A DNA stretch of 60,000 nucleotides. It comes from Amphiscolops sp. MND2022. Taxonomy: Eukaryota. The stretch covers positions 59,708,001 through 59,768,000 of the forward strand of contig OZ076409.1 of NCBI GenBank assembly GCA_964187785.1, written 5' to 3'. The notes beneath the pieces are model-generated. The model was not told where the DNA came from, searched no databases, and saw only the letters and a program-made list of their open reading frames with translations. Within the stretch, counting starts at the first letter, position 1. Each line of letters opens with the position of its first letter. Positions 1 through 15,300 of this stretch are shown in pieces. A program made the position numbers and the translations under genes.

Positions 1-30
1 GAATAATCAATGTCGATCAATGTCCCTCAA

Positions 31-347
31 TCATTTGAACAAATCCATGGATCCCATTTTCTTGCGGGGTTTTCTGACATACTCTGACCCCAAGTTTATT
101 GTGTCAGCCCTTCGGGGCATAGTTCGGCTTTGAGGACTTGAACCTGACCCAGAAGCGGTCAAGTATGACGTCATCGATTTGGCTCCTGATAAGTTGAGAC
201 TCTGTGAAAGGTTATCGTCTGATACGTGTCGGTGGGCTTTGAACCGGGACAAGGAATTTTCCAGAAATGCGCTCAGTTTCCGGGGCCCTGAGGAAGCTAT
301 GTTTAAACTGGAGGCATGGCTTACTAGAAGTAGGTCGGGATTCTCCA
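31..347 (-). CDS. Terminal coding exon of the RhoGEF gene (low-complexity tail)
   Basis: Acceptor CAG at 348-350; phase 1 matches the upstream exon; open to TGA at 31-33. Confidence 0.75.
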
Positions 348-3300
348 CTGAAATAAAAGGTCAAGGTTACAATTGAAAGCGACTATCGTCAGAAGAAAGT
401 TACCGGTCAAAAGTTACCAGGTCAAAGTTCAAAAGGTTCACAAAGATGTTGCTACATCATTTGATGTCAATACAAGAAACGTATTAGTCGTCTATTAACG
501 GTGGTTCGGTCAAAGTTGATAGTCAAAACATTATTTTACAGAGTTTTTCAATTTCAAATTTTGACAGATTCTGCCATTTAGTTTTTGAACTGCAAGATGC
601 AAAGTGGTGAAACAAATAAAATATCTGATCAGATTAGATCGAACTTTAATAAAAATGTTGTGCAGGGAAAAACTCGCTTCGAGTTTCTTCAAACATTACG
701 AGATTTTGTTTTTACAAATTTGTACTGACACTCCAGTGGACTTAAGTCCTTGGCAGGACAACTCAAGGATTCCAAGTTGTTGACTAGATAACTGAAAGAC
801 TGAACCAGGACTGCTAAGAACTTGTGAATTTTTCGAAAACTGGGGAAATTTTGAAGTACTGGCAAGGATTTCCCCAGTTTTCGAAAAATTCACAAGTTCT
901 TAGCAGTCCTGGTTCAGTCAGTCGTTAGCAGTCCTTGAGAAATTTCGATGAAAAAATTCAAGTTGCACATAGGGCGTGGCCATGTTTAATTTGAGTAGGA
1001 GAGGCTAGTTGTGTACTTCATATCACTTTTTAATACAATATGTATTTTGTATCAATTTTGCCCCATGAGAACTGGGGTATGATCAGAATAACTGTTCCAG
1101 TACATTTCCCATAGTTGAGACTCAGTCTCGGCTCAATTGTACCGGAAATAATGATGGAAAATAGGCTTTTCCCGGGCAGGGGAATGAACTCTACAAAATA
1201 TTGACTTTTAATTCTTAGCAATCAGATCTAATATTGATTATCTGATGGACTTCGAAAGACATCCAACATGGTTTTTGTGCTTGTTCATTTGATGCCTTTA
1301 TTTCGATCATTTGTTAAAAGAAAATATCTGGACGGAGGCGAAATTTTCTTGTAGACGCTGGGGAACAGCCGCTCAAAGATCCAAAATACCCTAAAGACAA
1401 CGAGCGGGTCTCAAAACCGTCTTGAACAATTATAGACAACATCCCTCGTTACTTGAAGGTTAAGGAATAATAGGAATAAGGAATATTTTTTTGCCTTTCT
1501 TCGCCAATTAAATCTTCAGTTGAGTTTTTGCTTGATATGAGATGTCGCTTAATATGACATGCCGCCACAATGTGTAGAAAAGGTCACAATGATGTTTTAA
1601 ATCGGTTTTCTCAACACCGGATAGTGACTTCGATTTTTAATCTCAAGAATAGTTAGAGACATAGCCACAACCTATACCAAGCGACAACTTATATCAAGCG
1701 ACATACCCAGATTTAATTGATGAAGAATGTTCGCTAAGAAAAAAATTTTCCCTAAGCCTTCAAGTGACGAAAGAATGTGCCCAATGCTAAATTCATTTAA
1801 TATGACGAAAACTTCAAAAAAATGTGTATGTTTTGTATGTTGATATTACTGTTAGCACTAATCGCTCGGGTAACGATCTACAAGAGCTGTTGGAAGTACC
1901 CTAGATTGCTCAGTACCTGTGGGGCTCTGGATGTCTATACTGGAGGGTGCTGGGCTGGGACTGTTGTTGTCATTATCCTCGGAGGGTGACACAATGAGTT
2001 TGGGGCGGGGCGAGATATCACTGAGGTTGGTGCTTGCTGCTCTGGACATCTTCGGTTTTATAGAGGGCAGCTCAGTGGTCCAACTCTTTTTGTGTCTCTT
2101 CAGAGTGTTGGTCAGCCTTTGAGAGAGACTCGCTTCACTGCCCGTACTTATCTTCTGATTTCCTGCAAATCGTGGAGGAATGTTTCTAACAGAATTCAAA
2201 GCCGTTTTTTCAAAAACCATTGATCTGCTGTAAGAATTTTTCAAGTTGCATGGACATTTTTGAATTTTTTAAAAGTATGCACCTGAAGTTTTGCGAGTTT
2301 TCAGTTGATGTGTCTGGCAAGAAAAACTGCCCGGCTATGACGTTGGAAAACGTCGGAGTTCTTCGAAAAAGAGCGGACAATAGCAGTGACTAGCTTTTTC
2401 AGTTTTACTTCTGCGGCCTCGTACAGAAACGCACTTTTATCATTGCGGAGCAGACGTACAGCACGTCTATATGATGCTTTCTGCTTTTTGTACCTCAGTA
2501 GTCCACATGAGTCGGTCAAACTTTGTTGAGAAAATCAATTTCCAAACCAGCTCTGAGTATTTAACTTACTTAAAATGGTGAGGTTAGCTGAGCAGGAAGA
2601 GGCGAAGTTGTCCGACTCAGCCTTGCATTTGTAATGGCCAGTGTCACTCAACACGCACTCAGAGATAGATAGCTTATGTTCCCCGGTGACAAAGTTGCTC
2701 TCAAAACAGAGACGCCCATCTTCTCGTTTAGTCAGATCGTTCACTGAAATTAAATTGAAACTATTTTAAATGTTCTCGAATAGGCGTCTTCATCAAATCG
2801 GATGAGTTTGCAGCTTATGAAGTCTATTGGTTACACAATTGGAAGCGTTTTTAGAAATAAGTGAAATTCATATCTGAAAAAACTGAATGAAATCCTATTG
2901 CTCGAAACAATAAACACATTTTCGGTTGTTTTTTTCATTCATTAAGAAGATGAAGCGTTGTTTTAAAAGGATAACTTCAGCTGTTTTCTTGCAACTAAAG
3001 AGATCAAAGGGTTTGACCTCATTTGCTTATTTTACTTTTTTACTGGAAGCGCTACATATGAACGACCAGAGGGTGATCCTTCAATTTTTTTGGGCACTGT
3101 GAGATTTTTCGAAATTTTACATGAACAGCGTGTTAACATACTTGGAAGTATTTGCGCTGTTTGAGCCTCAGGCGCCAACTTTAACTTTAGATATTCCCGT
3201 TTTGTTCTTCATAACGTCTTTACAACCTTGGTTTGTTTTAAGTTCAACAATAAGTCTTCAGTTTTAGACCCAGTAGAGCATACAAAGCGGTTGAAAAACT

Positions 3301-6300
3301 CTAAAAAACAAGACCCCCCAAACTGCTCTACAACTAAATAAATTTGAGGCTCAAGAATAGCCAATGCACTATAAAATCGCAAAGAAGTTCGAAGCAAGGA
3401 AAGCTTTGATTCATTTGGTCAAAGAGTACCCCTTGCTTTGATAGCTGATTTCGGGTTGAGAAAAGTAGTTTTGCGAGCTGAAAGTCGTTTCGCCATCATA
3501 GAACTCTACCGGAAAAAATTTGAAAATTGGATTTTTTATGATTCCTGTTGGGCGAAAAGTGGTTTCCTAGTCTCAGGCGTATGTTTTGAGGTGATTTTTG
3601 GCACTGAGAAAATAGTAAAAGCTTGAAACTATGTCCTTTGCAAATTTAGGAAAATTGAGCGATTCGAGTTTGTTATATTATTGCACATAGTTCAACCCGA
3701 AAGGTCAAAATTTGGAACTAGTTTTGACAAGCTTGGGGTCAATTTGAGGAACTTTTCTAACATGAATCTACAGGTGTCTCTTCAAAATTAGGCCTACTGG
3801 ACATCGAGTTTAGATGTTGTTGAATGTTTACACCCATCTAACCCACGAAGTAGCTCGAAACATCTTCCTTTGGAAGGTGTACTCAATATCTACACACCTT
3901 CCAAGATTTTGCTTGGAGGTTTTGAATAATAAAGATTGGGTAAATGAGGTCGAAATTTACGTTTTCATGTAAAGTTTTTGAAAGGTGGGCAAATAAACTT
4001 GTCTGATATCTTTTTAAAAAACACTACCCGTAGCTACACGTTTCAATCATGAGTCTATGGTTTTTTTGATTGAAGTGAATTTTTGGAAAGGTCCAAAATG
4101 TTGTTGAAAATTAAGAAAGTTCGGAAATTTTGACACCTTTGTTGTAAACTAGATGAACTCCCACTTTTTCCACAAATATATTGCAAAGCTCGTTCTTTTT
4201 CGTTGTTGAGTTTCTTTGTGTTGGAACTTAGAACGAAATCGTTCGGAAAGTGTGCAGAAATTGCATCAAAAACGACAAAACTTCTATTTTTTTGACAGTT
4301 CAGGGTCAATTTGAGGCATTTCTTTTTTACAAATTGAACTAATCTCGTGACGAAAGCTCACCGATGCAACAAAGTTGCCCGTGCTTTAGGCGTTTCAACA
4401 TTCTAGTCCACAAAGTCTACAAATATTTTGACAAAAAAAGTGAAAATCATCTATATCGATGTCAATTCCGGACAGTTTTCGATTGAAAAACTGCATTTAT
4501 CTTACTGGACAACACATCTTTCCTTGTGGACCCTTTCTGACGTTCCAATACACAAGTTCCGTCAACAAGTTGGGAAAAAATCATAAAAATTTTGAGAGTT
4601 GGAAATTTTGAGAATTTTGTCTTTTTCAGTGGCAATTCGAGACATTTTGTAACGTCATCCTATGATCAACGAAATTTTGGCTGATTTTTGAAAAATTCGT
4701 TCAAAACTGACGTGGCACTGGAACATGGTTTTGGCAAAGTACCTGTCAGCAGAAATCATGAAAAAACAGCAAAAGAGGTGCCCGCGAAGAGAGAGCGAAA
4801 AAGAACGTGTGTCCAAGCACGAATTGGTCGAAAAGACAACAAAAGTGCCTATATCCACGGTGTTTGCCTGCTGAATCACGGCTTTGCAGGACTGATCCGG
4901 AAAGCAGCATGACGGCTTAATTGCAGTACCCATGCCCGGGGGTTGTGCCCAGCTCGATCGCTGGTGCCATGCCGCCCGGAAGCTCACCCACTTCGCCAAA
5001 ACTGGACTTTGTTGTAGTAATTAACCTATTTGCTTGATTAAATATTAGCTCGAGGGCTGCTCCTATGATGTGCTTTTACAGAATTTCCACTGGTGAAATT
5101 TAGTTCTAAACTACCTTGTTGTTTTTATGAGCTATTTACGCGGTGGTTGTGAGAAGAAAGCACAATTCCTGTGATTTTTAGCAGTTACAGACTGGTATCA
5201 GGCCAGAGAGCGTCCCTAGAGACGGTTCCCCTCCTAGGGACCGGCTATCCTTAGGAGGAAAAAGTGAGCTGATATCATGGTGGTTTGTCCCGGACCTTAT
5301 CCATGGTACCAGTTTCTCCACTCCAATGTCACGATACAATCAGTCAGCGCTTGCCGTTACGTTTTCAATCAAAACATTGCAATTATTGCTTCATTATAGA
5401 CTACTGTACAACCGAACGTTTGCTTGTTGACATTTTGAAACATTTCAATACACGAAGTCTGTAGAAACTTAAACAAAAAATGCGTAAAAACTTTGAAATT
5501 TAGTAATTGTTTGGGTTTTTTGTAATTTTCGGTGTCAATTTGAGACAATTTCTCTTAAAAAACCTCAATTAACTCTTCAGAAAGGAAAGGTCTACTGGAC
5601 AACACACTCTTTCCTTGTTGACCCTTTCCAACATTCCATTACACAGAGTCCGTCGAAAATTTGGAAAAAAAGCGCATAAAACCTTTGAAAATCGGACATT
5701 CTCGGGATTTTTGTCATTTTCGGTGTCAATTTGAAATTTTTCATTCAGAAAACAGCTATTATCTGCTAGAAAATCTTACTGGACAACGAATTAGTGCTAT
5801 GTTGACCATTTCCACCAATCTAATCCACGAAGTCTATCGAAAATTTGACAAAAATTGCAGAAAAAAACGTTAAAAATCAAGAAAGTTTTGGTTTTTGTCA
5901 TTTTTGGGTCTTTTTCTTTCCAAAAAACCGCATTTATCTCTTCATAAACGACTACTGGACAACAAATTCTTGCCTTGTTGAACCTTTTCAACATTCTAAT
6001 CCACGACATCTATCGAAAAAATGACAAAACTTGCAATAAAACGTTAAAAAATTGGAAATTTTTGCAGTTTTTACCATTTTTGGGGTCTTTTTTGGGTCAT
6101 TCTGGGGTCCCTGGGGTCCACTAAAAAACTCCAGAAATCTCCACAAATACAAATCGCACGAAACTAAATTTATGTGAGTTGAATTCTATGTGTAACAACA
6201 CCCTTAAAGTTAAATATAAATTTGGTGCTTGGCAAATTTTGTTAAAAATAACCGTTTGATTTACATATTTTTTTACCCTTTCACATATGAAATATGGGCG

Positions 6301-9300
6301 GAAAATAATGAAATGATGTTTTTACTGTTGTCATAGAATATACATGAAGTCATTCGTCCAGTTCTTGGAGTCATACATAGCAGTCTTTGCCAAAGATGTT
6401 GACAAGTGATGACGGTCGAAGTGATCAAAATAGATCTATAATATTGCAAAGTTATACAGATAATTAGCGTAGTGGTTAGAGTGTTGGTTGTCTATACAAG
6501 ACATCCAGTGTTCGATTCAAGGCACAGGCCATCTTTTCAACACTTTTTTGTCTCAAGCACTTTTTACCTGATGTGGTTCTAGTGAGAACATCCTCGTCCT
6601 TGAGCCAGCAGACAGAGGTGACCTTTCTGTTGACCTTTACATCCAGTTCCACAAACTGACCTTCAAGCACTTCCTGGTCTTTGAGCACCTTGTCAAATTG
6701 CGTCATAACTACAATGAAAAACTATTTTAGTGGTTTGCTTTTTCGTAGAACTGTGAGTTTTTTCCATTCCTAGAAAAGGACACCTATGGACGATATAATG
6801 ATACGATATACCACTGGCCCTATTTAAAAATCAAAACTTCGGTTACATTGTCAATAATCTTCAAATACATTCTTAGTTCGAGGCGACAATGGGTCCTTTT
6901 TCAATTTAAGTTTGTTCAAGTCATTTTCCAAAAATTAAAGAAAAGCTCCTGATGAACGTCACGTTTTAACCTTTTGAAAAGGTACTTCCACTGAAAACTT
7001 TAACTTCTCTAATCTTTAATCTTCCAAAACTAGCAGTTTTAGGTTTCAGCTTACAAGAATCTCTTGTCAAAGGGTATTTTTTGAACGTAAGGTTAGAATA
7101 TGACACCCAATGAAACCAACCAGACTCGTCTGCAATTTGTTCATGCTTAGTGAGAGCTTCTCTTGGCACACAAGCGACCTCGCCCATCTTGCAACCTGTC
7201 AACGCCTTGACCCACACGTTTTCCAAGGAGGTCACTGAAGTCTTTTTCAGGGTGCCCTGGATAAAAACAGTTCAAACAAAGATTGTAATATCATCAATGA
7301 ATAATTCAAGCATTCCTAAGAAGCGCAGTGGTACTGATAAATTATCATTCTACCCATCTTAATTCAATCAGGTTGAGAGCACTTCCAAAGGCAAAGAAAG
7401 TGCAGGTTCGAACGAATAAATTCAAAGCTACAACGTTGTCAACAAGCTTATGTCAAGGAATACGCTCAAAACTATCACAAAAAGCTCCATTGTTGAAGAT
7501 AATTTTATTTTGCCAATTCCCATTTGAGGCGCTTTCCCAAAAGCGCTAAATTTTTGTGCATATGCTACGAAACTCATTTTTGCCGTTGATTTCTGCAGAT
7601 AGAGTTCTATGTTTTGACTATACTTTCAAAATAAGGTAGAATTAGTTAGTGACAGGTTTATTTTCCACTACCCGTGTCTGCATTTTAAGAGAGGGGTTGT
7701 TTGGGACCCTACCTGGGGCTCAGATGTCTTAACGGCCAGTGATGTGTTTGAACTAGAGGGTGATTGGGGTTTGATGACCTCGACATTATCTCCGGGTTTG
7801 AATCCAGGGCCGCAAGGGTGTACGACTCCAAACACCGAACCAGTGGCAGCAAAATCAACCTGGAGAAAAAAAGACGTTATCAACATTTATATTATAACTT
7901 GGTAAAATATGGCTTAGTTTTGCATGCGTGCATATAAAGCTTGAGTGAGTTTAGATGGAGCTCTGTAGATGTTTTGAGTATTTTTTTCGATGGTCAATCT
8001 TTTAAATGATTCAAAATTTCGTCTTCTTTTTGATATCTCACAAATTTTGACTGTCGGAATGGCATGCAGTGTTAATACTTGGGTGTCACTTTTGGTTATG
8101 TTAGAATCAGGAATGGCAGATTTCATGGCGAGGTTCAAGGAAAACATTCAAACTCACGGACATTGAAATTTCCAACATTAATCTCGTTTTGCATTTCACA
8201 ACTGTTTTGCAATCTACATTTACTTTTTTAACCGCACAATTTGGAAAAAGTTTTTCACATTTGATTACCTCTATCAAAATTTAAGGATTTCTTAGGGTAA
8301 ATATCTGAATGGAAGCTGACAACAATAAATGTGTCATTTTAAATGTTTCATAAATGTGTAAAAGTAGAATTTTTATTGGAAAATCAATGAAATAGCTTCC
8401 AATTTTCTTATTGTCCTCTACACGCAAACGTCACGGATTTACACGCTGTGAATTTCTGTCATTCCTTGTTAGAGTGCAGTGATGTAGAGCAGTAAAGCTG
8501 CAAGAGAAAAGTTTCATGATTCAAGTAAGTTTGAAGTGAAAGTTAGTTTTAATTCCACAAGAAAGCGACACAAAAGGAAGCTGTTAAAATGCGTGTGTGA
8601 TGTCATTAGAATAACAGAAAGCATGAAAGTGCAGTGAGGCTTCTGCAATCTTTTTTCTTTGCGAAAATTTTAAATTTTAACAAAAAAGTCTAAACCCTTG
8701 ACACGGTCAGTAGTTTAAAACTCCTCCATTGCATTATTACATTTGATATACATGAATAACGCAAATAAGATTTCGTACTTCCTTTTGTGAAAAGACGTTG
8801 CGGTCTATGGTTACTTTCTATGTACTCAAAAATAGGAGCAGATTTGAAAGAAACTATAAAGAAAAGTTATCTCGAATTGTAATTGAAAAAAAATGATTCT
8901 CATGTTTTTCCCAAATTTGGAAGATGACGTAAACTTTCGATCAAGAATTTGTCCAAATCATTTGTCACAAATAATAATCTGGGACTTTTATCACATTTTG
9001 TGTATACAATACGTTGTTAATGAACGTTTTTAGGCTTCACAAAGAACGTTTCACGCCGTGTGAATGGTTGGATTAGAGAACGAAAGTTTCACACTTATTT
9101 GAGTGAGAAAATTTTTTTTACCAAATTTTGTTTCTTTCTTCTGAAATTTCACAAGCAAACTTGGTAGAAGAGCTTGAAAACTGCGACCTTTACCACACAG
9201 GCGGCAATGAACAAGTATAAGTACAAGCTTCACTTTTTTGTTCAATTTTAAGTTCAGTTGCTTTTTAAAACTTCAAATGTCAAAAATTCTTAAGAGCTTC

Positions 9301-12300
9301 AGGAAAAATTCGTGTCTGGCAATTTTACTTATACCTTCCTGAATTGCAGCTCATGGATAAGAAACTATCAGCGGGATTTCAAAAATGCTTTCTCTTCCCA
9401 CTTCGACCGGTTTTATTGACTAGTCTTAACTCTTAATTACCGTTCCATGGATTTTTATTCAAGGACCATCAATGTTTTATGGATTCCCATTCGTAGCCTA
9501 TGGCATGGCAAACCATGAATCATGGATGAAATTCCATGGCCAAAAAACCTGGAATAGCATCGATTTGGAACTTGGTTCGGGTTTTCAACTCAAAGTAGCT
9601 ATTGGTTCGATTGTTGAATAAACAATGGTACAACGTTTTTCCAGCATGGTTTCGTCAAAAAGGATAACAAGACCGGGATATGTTCAGTCAGCACTCCGCG
9701 TAAGGTTCAATAAGGGTAAAGTTTTTCCAATTTAGGACATTCACACAGGGCCAAAAAATAACAAGCCGAGAACGGCCAAAGTCGGCGCCATATCTAAGGC
9801 TCAAAATTTGAAAGGGGGACCCTTCGGGCTTTGTGAAACTCCAGCTGGTTGCAAAAAATTTGAAAAAAATTGAAGGGGGGACCCTTTGGAGACATGAAAA
9901 AATTTCCCAAAAAAATTTTTTCAAAGAGATTTTTGAACAGTGTCACAGTGCCGAAAAATGTAAAAGGGGGGACCCTTTGCGATTTTTTGACATCCATTGT
10001 GTTGCAAAATATCGAAACAAATGAAGGGTGGTGCAATCCAAAAAACTTCAAAAAAAGTGCTGAAAAAAAGTGGGGCCAAGGTGTGTTTTGCAGGTTGTGG
10101 ACGTCTGTTTTGTTTTTTCTTTTCGTTTTGGACGCGCTTCTGAGGTTAGAGTTGTTGAGGTTTGAAGTTGTTGAAGTTTGAGGTTGTTGAACAAATGAAC
10201 AAAAAAGTGGACCTTTCGTGTCTAAAAAAAAACTACCCACTGTAATAGTCGGGCACATTTTCTACTAAAATGCGCCGACTAAAAAGGGGTCGTCTTTGGG
10301 TTCTCTTTGATTCTTCTTGGCTGCAAAATATCGAAGCATTCGAATGAACAAAGAACAAGAAAACGAGGCTAAAAAACTCAAAAAGCGAATTCTTTTTTTT
10401 TATCAATTTCAGCTTTTACAACGTGGTATCAATCATTCAAAGAAACCAGTTTTATACGGAGTCACAAGAATAGGCCGAAATTGATGAACGCTTACTGCTT
10501 CCAAAAGAATCGAAATCCATATGACAAATCCCAATTTTTTTAAAATTGTTTCCGGATAGTGTTGTTGAACATAAACTTGGACAGCAGCTGTCAATATGGG
10601 AGATGGAATTTTCGTTGTTAGAAACTTCGTCGCCAGTGATTGCATGTTACTGCAAATTACAACAATTTCAACGCAATTCATTATTAAATGCGTCCTTTTA
10701 TTCTCGACTACGTAATTTACTGACAACTGTTAATGTCGTTAATTTTTTTAGTCGGCGCTTTTCTTTAGAAAAGAGTCGACTATAGTCATGGCTTTTCGTC
10801 AGTGTTTTTTTTAAGACCACCTGAACTGACCAAAACAGTTTTACCAAAAGTTCTACAAAATTTTCAGAAGACGCCAAAATGTACCTGTTGGCCCAAGGAA
10901 CTGAACCAAAAAGGTTTCCCGCGTAACATACCATACCATACGAGACCAAAGGGTCCATTTTTTCGGCACTGTGCGACTTTTTTTCAAAAAAACTTTTTTC
11001 ACCACGAAAGGCCCCCTTCAATTTTTTGGAGTTTTGCAACAGAATGGATGTTAAAAAATCCCAAAGGGTCCCCCTTTCAGTTTTTTTCGGCATTGTGAGA
11101 CTTTTCAAAAAAATTTTTTTCATAAAAGTAGTCCCAATTCACCAATACTTGGAAATTTTGAAGTCCTTTTGCTATTTTTGAGCCTTGGATATGGCGCCGA
11201 CTTGGGCCGTTCCCGGCTTGTTTAAACTTTTTGCGAGTATTCATTTACACGTCCGAGACCATAAATTCTGAGAATCAATCTCTTGTCCATGTATCGCCAC
11301 TCTCATTTGACTGAAAAACAACCAACAACCATATGATTTACTACAACATGGACTCCAATGCATTGGATCTCCCAGTGTAAAAACTCTTGCAAGTCTTGAT
11401 AAGCTTGGATATTCCTGGATTTCTTGGTAAGAATCTTGCCAAGATTCTTACCAAAAAATCAACGAATTTGCAAGATCATGCAAGATCGTGCCAAGAAATG
11501 CAAGAGATGAACTGACAAAAGTGAATGAAAACAAACAAAAACCGACGCCAACTGCAGCTTGATCAGCGTACCTCTTATGGCGCAGCTTTCCGAGCTACCA
11601 ACTAAGCTATCCTGTTCTGAAATTCACTACTTTGTATTGTCCTATATCCAATACTTCAAATAATGATAGTGTAGCTGGTAGTGCGAACAATAGGAAAGTA
11701 CTTGTAAACAAAATTGCTGTTTGTTTTACAAGCTATTCATTCTCTTGACACTCTTGATAAGACTCTTACCAAGAATATTATCAAGAATTTCAAGAGGGTT
11801 GTGTGAAGCAAGAATAAACAAGATCAAGGCTTTCAAGAGGAAACGGGAATATGTAAGAAGATTCAAGATCTTGGCAAGAGTTTCAAGAGTTTTTTACATT
11901 GGGCTTCTATATGTAACCGTGTCTGCCCAGATTTTATTTTTCACAGGCAACTTTTACAATCTCAAAAGAGATACAAGTCAAACAATTTTGGCATTGTAAA
12001 TTCATTTTTGAAACTAATTACAAATATCGCTAGTAAACAATTGGAACAATCGTGCGAAAAACTTGAGGGCACATAACAACTTGATGAAAATCGAACCACT
12101 TGTAGACAAATTGCGTTATTTTTCATGGAGTTCGAAAAACACGTCCTTGCAAAGTACCGTGCAATTAAAGACACGAAACGAAGAAGAGCTATGTATAAGA
12201 TACCACAAAAACTGCAAACTTGGTTTGAAAGAATTCCCAAACTCAGATGACAAAAAATGCAACTTTGAGAGGCGTTCGTGAAGCTGTTTCTGTGATTATA

Positions 12301-15300
12301 CCAGTGTTTTTGTGATTATACCCAGGAAATTGAACTATAGTAGTTGTTTTTTTTACATACGAAGCCAGACGAGGCTAAAGTGTCCCCCCTTTGTGAGACT
12401 GTGAGACTTTTTTCGAAAAATTTTTAATGTCTCCAAAGGCTCCCCTTTCAATTTTGATATTTCGCAACAGAATGGATGTTGAAAAATTCCAAAGGGTTTC
12501 CCTCTTAGCGCGCCAGTTCGGTGTCCCTTTGAGGTTTTCGGGTACTGGGGAAGAGAATACTTGAAACTTTGAAGACATTTAGCTATTTTCAAACCTTAAG
12601 TGTGGCGCCGACTTTTGCCATTTCCGGTTTGTTCATCAATATTTTGACATGGCCTGACTAGTTTCTGTATATAGAAAAAGTAACCCAATAAGAGCTTGTT
12701 AGTTGGATGCCAGCCAGAGCCCAATCAAACAGCAATAGCATCGAACATATTAGGCAGACGACTGAATTGCTATCCCGGGTTTCCCTCCCATACAAAAACA
12801 GGTCAATCATACTCTGCCATCATACTCAGTATGATTCCAGGCTGATCATACTCTAGACCATAAAGGTTCATGGTTCCAGCCTGACCATATTCCGGGCCAT
12901 ATATGGTTCAGTCTCTGATCAGTCTGGAACCATAAACCTTTATGGCCCAGAGTATAATCAGCCTGGAGCCGTAAAATAAAATTAGGATAATGTAGTCAAT
13001 TAACGCATACACTGATGAAATTACAAGATATTCCTCAACCAAAGGTCCAATACAACCACCAAATTGAAAACAAGGCAGCAATCATCAATTTTTGGCAGCT
13101 TTTGTCGAATTATTGGTAATTTTTCTCGAAATAATCGAAAACCACACTGCAAAGTAGGTACTGCTATCACAAAAGAGTTAGTTTTTAACTAAGGAGTGGC
13201 TGAGAACGAATTGAGTGACTATAGATTGTCTTTAACCCTGCTAAGAGTTTAACGGAGTTCTGAGCTGCAATGTATTGTTCGCAGATACAAAAGGTCGAAT
13301 GTGGCTCTATTGCCCTCAGCCTATAAAGCTGGCTGTTCTCTCAATATTTGAAAATTTTTGTTAGGGTTGCATGTCACGTCAACCCGCGTTTGGAACAAAA
13401 ATTTATGATTCCAGGCTGATCATCCTCTGGACCATATATGATTCCAGGCCGATCATACTCTGGACCATATATGATTCCAGGCCGATCATGGCAAGATCAT
13501 AGTAAGGAAATTTGTATGATTTGTATGCTGCCATAATATGATCAGATTATGATCGGCCTGATCGGGAAACCCGGGATTACACTTTAGAATGGTCCACTAT
13601 GCCAATAATTTTGCCCTAGCCAATCATATTCAAGTCATTAACAACGTCACTGGTAATAGTTACGTCAACTGGTACAACTCGGTCGCGACACGAGTGCCGC
13701 CACAGATATCGTTCTCCAATCATTCTTAAGCTCGGTGATCGTCTTCGCTGCTAAATTTAACATTGCTCGTTTCAAAAGTCGCCTCTTTTAATATTAAAAT
13801 GTTAAGAGTGAAGCAAAGTGATACTGATAAAATTACGACATCGGACATTATTTTTTGCACAATTTCAATTTGTGATTTTGCTCTTGGGATCTGAAATACA
13901 AGTTTTTTAAACAGCCTTGTAAAAATTTCAAAGATCAATAGTGTTAAGTCTGAATTATGAATAACCTATAAAGACTATGAACGATTTATATACAGCATAA
14001 TGGCCTAGAACACCATTTTCTTCAGTTTTTGTTGCTCATAACAAAACTGACAAAATGTTCCTAAAAGTCTTTAATTTTTTAGTCGGCGCTTTTAATAATA
14101 AAAAAGCCCGACTATTACAGTTTACAGTCACTCGTATTTTTTAAAGACAGACTCGAAGCGACGAAATTTTTGTTCAGTTTGTTCAACTAAACGAATACCT
14201 GGGAAACGCATCTAAGCTATCGCAAAGGATCCCCCCTTTCAATTTTTACCCTTTAAACGTAACATACAAAACCAGATGAGACTAAAGTGTCCCCTTGCAA
14301 TATTTTCGGCGCTGAGATTTTTTTTCGAAAAAAGTTTTTGTCTTCAAGGGGGTCCCCCCTTCGATTTTATTAAAGTCCGCACTTGTAATATCCGGAGTAA
14401 AGCGCTATATCCGAACTTTTGACGTTATATCCGAACTATTTTGCGTTTTCGTAAGGTGGAGGCGGAGGTCCGAAAACAGGAGCTTTTCATGAAAACGTCC
14501 TAAGCATATTTCAAATCTGCGCTTTTTGAGCCTCAGATATGGCGCCGACTTTAGACGATCCCGTCTTGTTTTCTGATAAAACTATCCAGGTCATTGGGAA
14601 TCGAATCAAAACCTAGTATACAATGATAAGCTTTCATCATAATTGTCGCCAAAGATACACTGTTCACCTTTGTTCTGCTCTCGTGTATATCAATAGAACA
14701 TATCATCTCAAGGGTTTCACCTGAATTTAAAAAGTTTTCCACAATGGAGTGCCCGAACATAGTAAGAGTCTTGTGATGTTGCAATTTCTATCAATAAATC
14801 CACGTTTTGAAGAAAAAAACAGGTAATCTATTTTGGTAGTTTCATTCCTATAGGTAGTTTCATTCTTTTGCAACATTGTTTTCGCTGTATTACAAATTAT
14901 TTCACTATATTCTTACAAACTAGAAGAGAATAAGGATTTGACGAAGAAATTTTAGAACAGTTGAAGACGTTTTCGGGATAATTACGACAATTTCCATAAA
15001 CAAGGCCATCATTTCGAAAAAGAACAGAATTTATCGAACTATCTCACAACATATTCTATCCAAATTAATTCCAAGTATTTACATGATGTTTATGATTCAT
15101 CTCGGGGACTCTTACTTTTTTTCCAAGCATTGGTGTGCAATAGCACATTAGTTCATTTCACGTTGATTAACAGCCAGTCTAATCGATGGAAAACTTCCAC
15201 AAACGCGGTATACCCATCGACTGAAAAACTTTCAGTTAAACTACTTGTAAGCAGTGACTACTTTTGACCAGGGGTGTGAAATATTGTATTTGAATAATTT

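Noticed and set aside
9688..11123. Lys/Phe-rich ORFs (also 20546-21277 and 25496-26706)
   Set aside because: They are chance frames in A/T-run-rich repeats.
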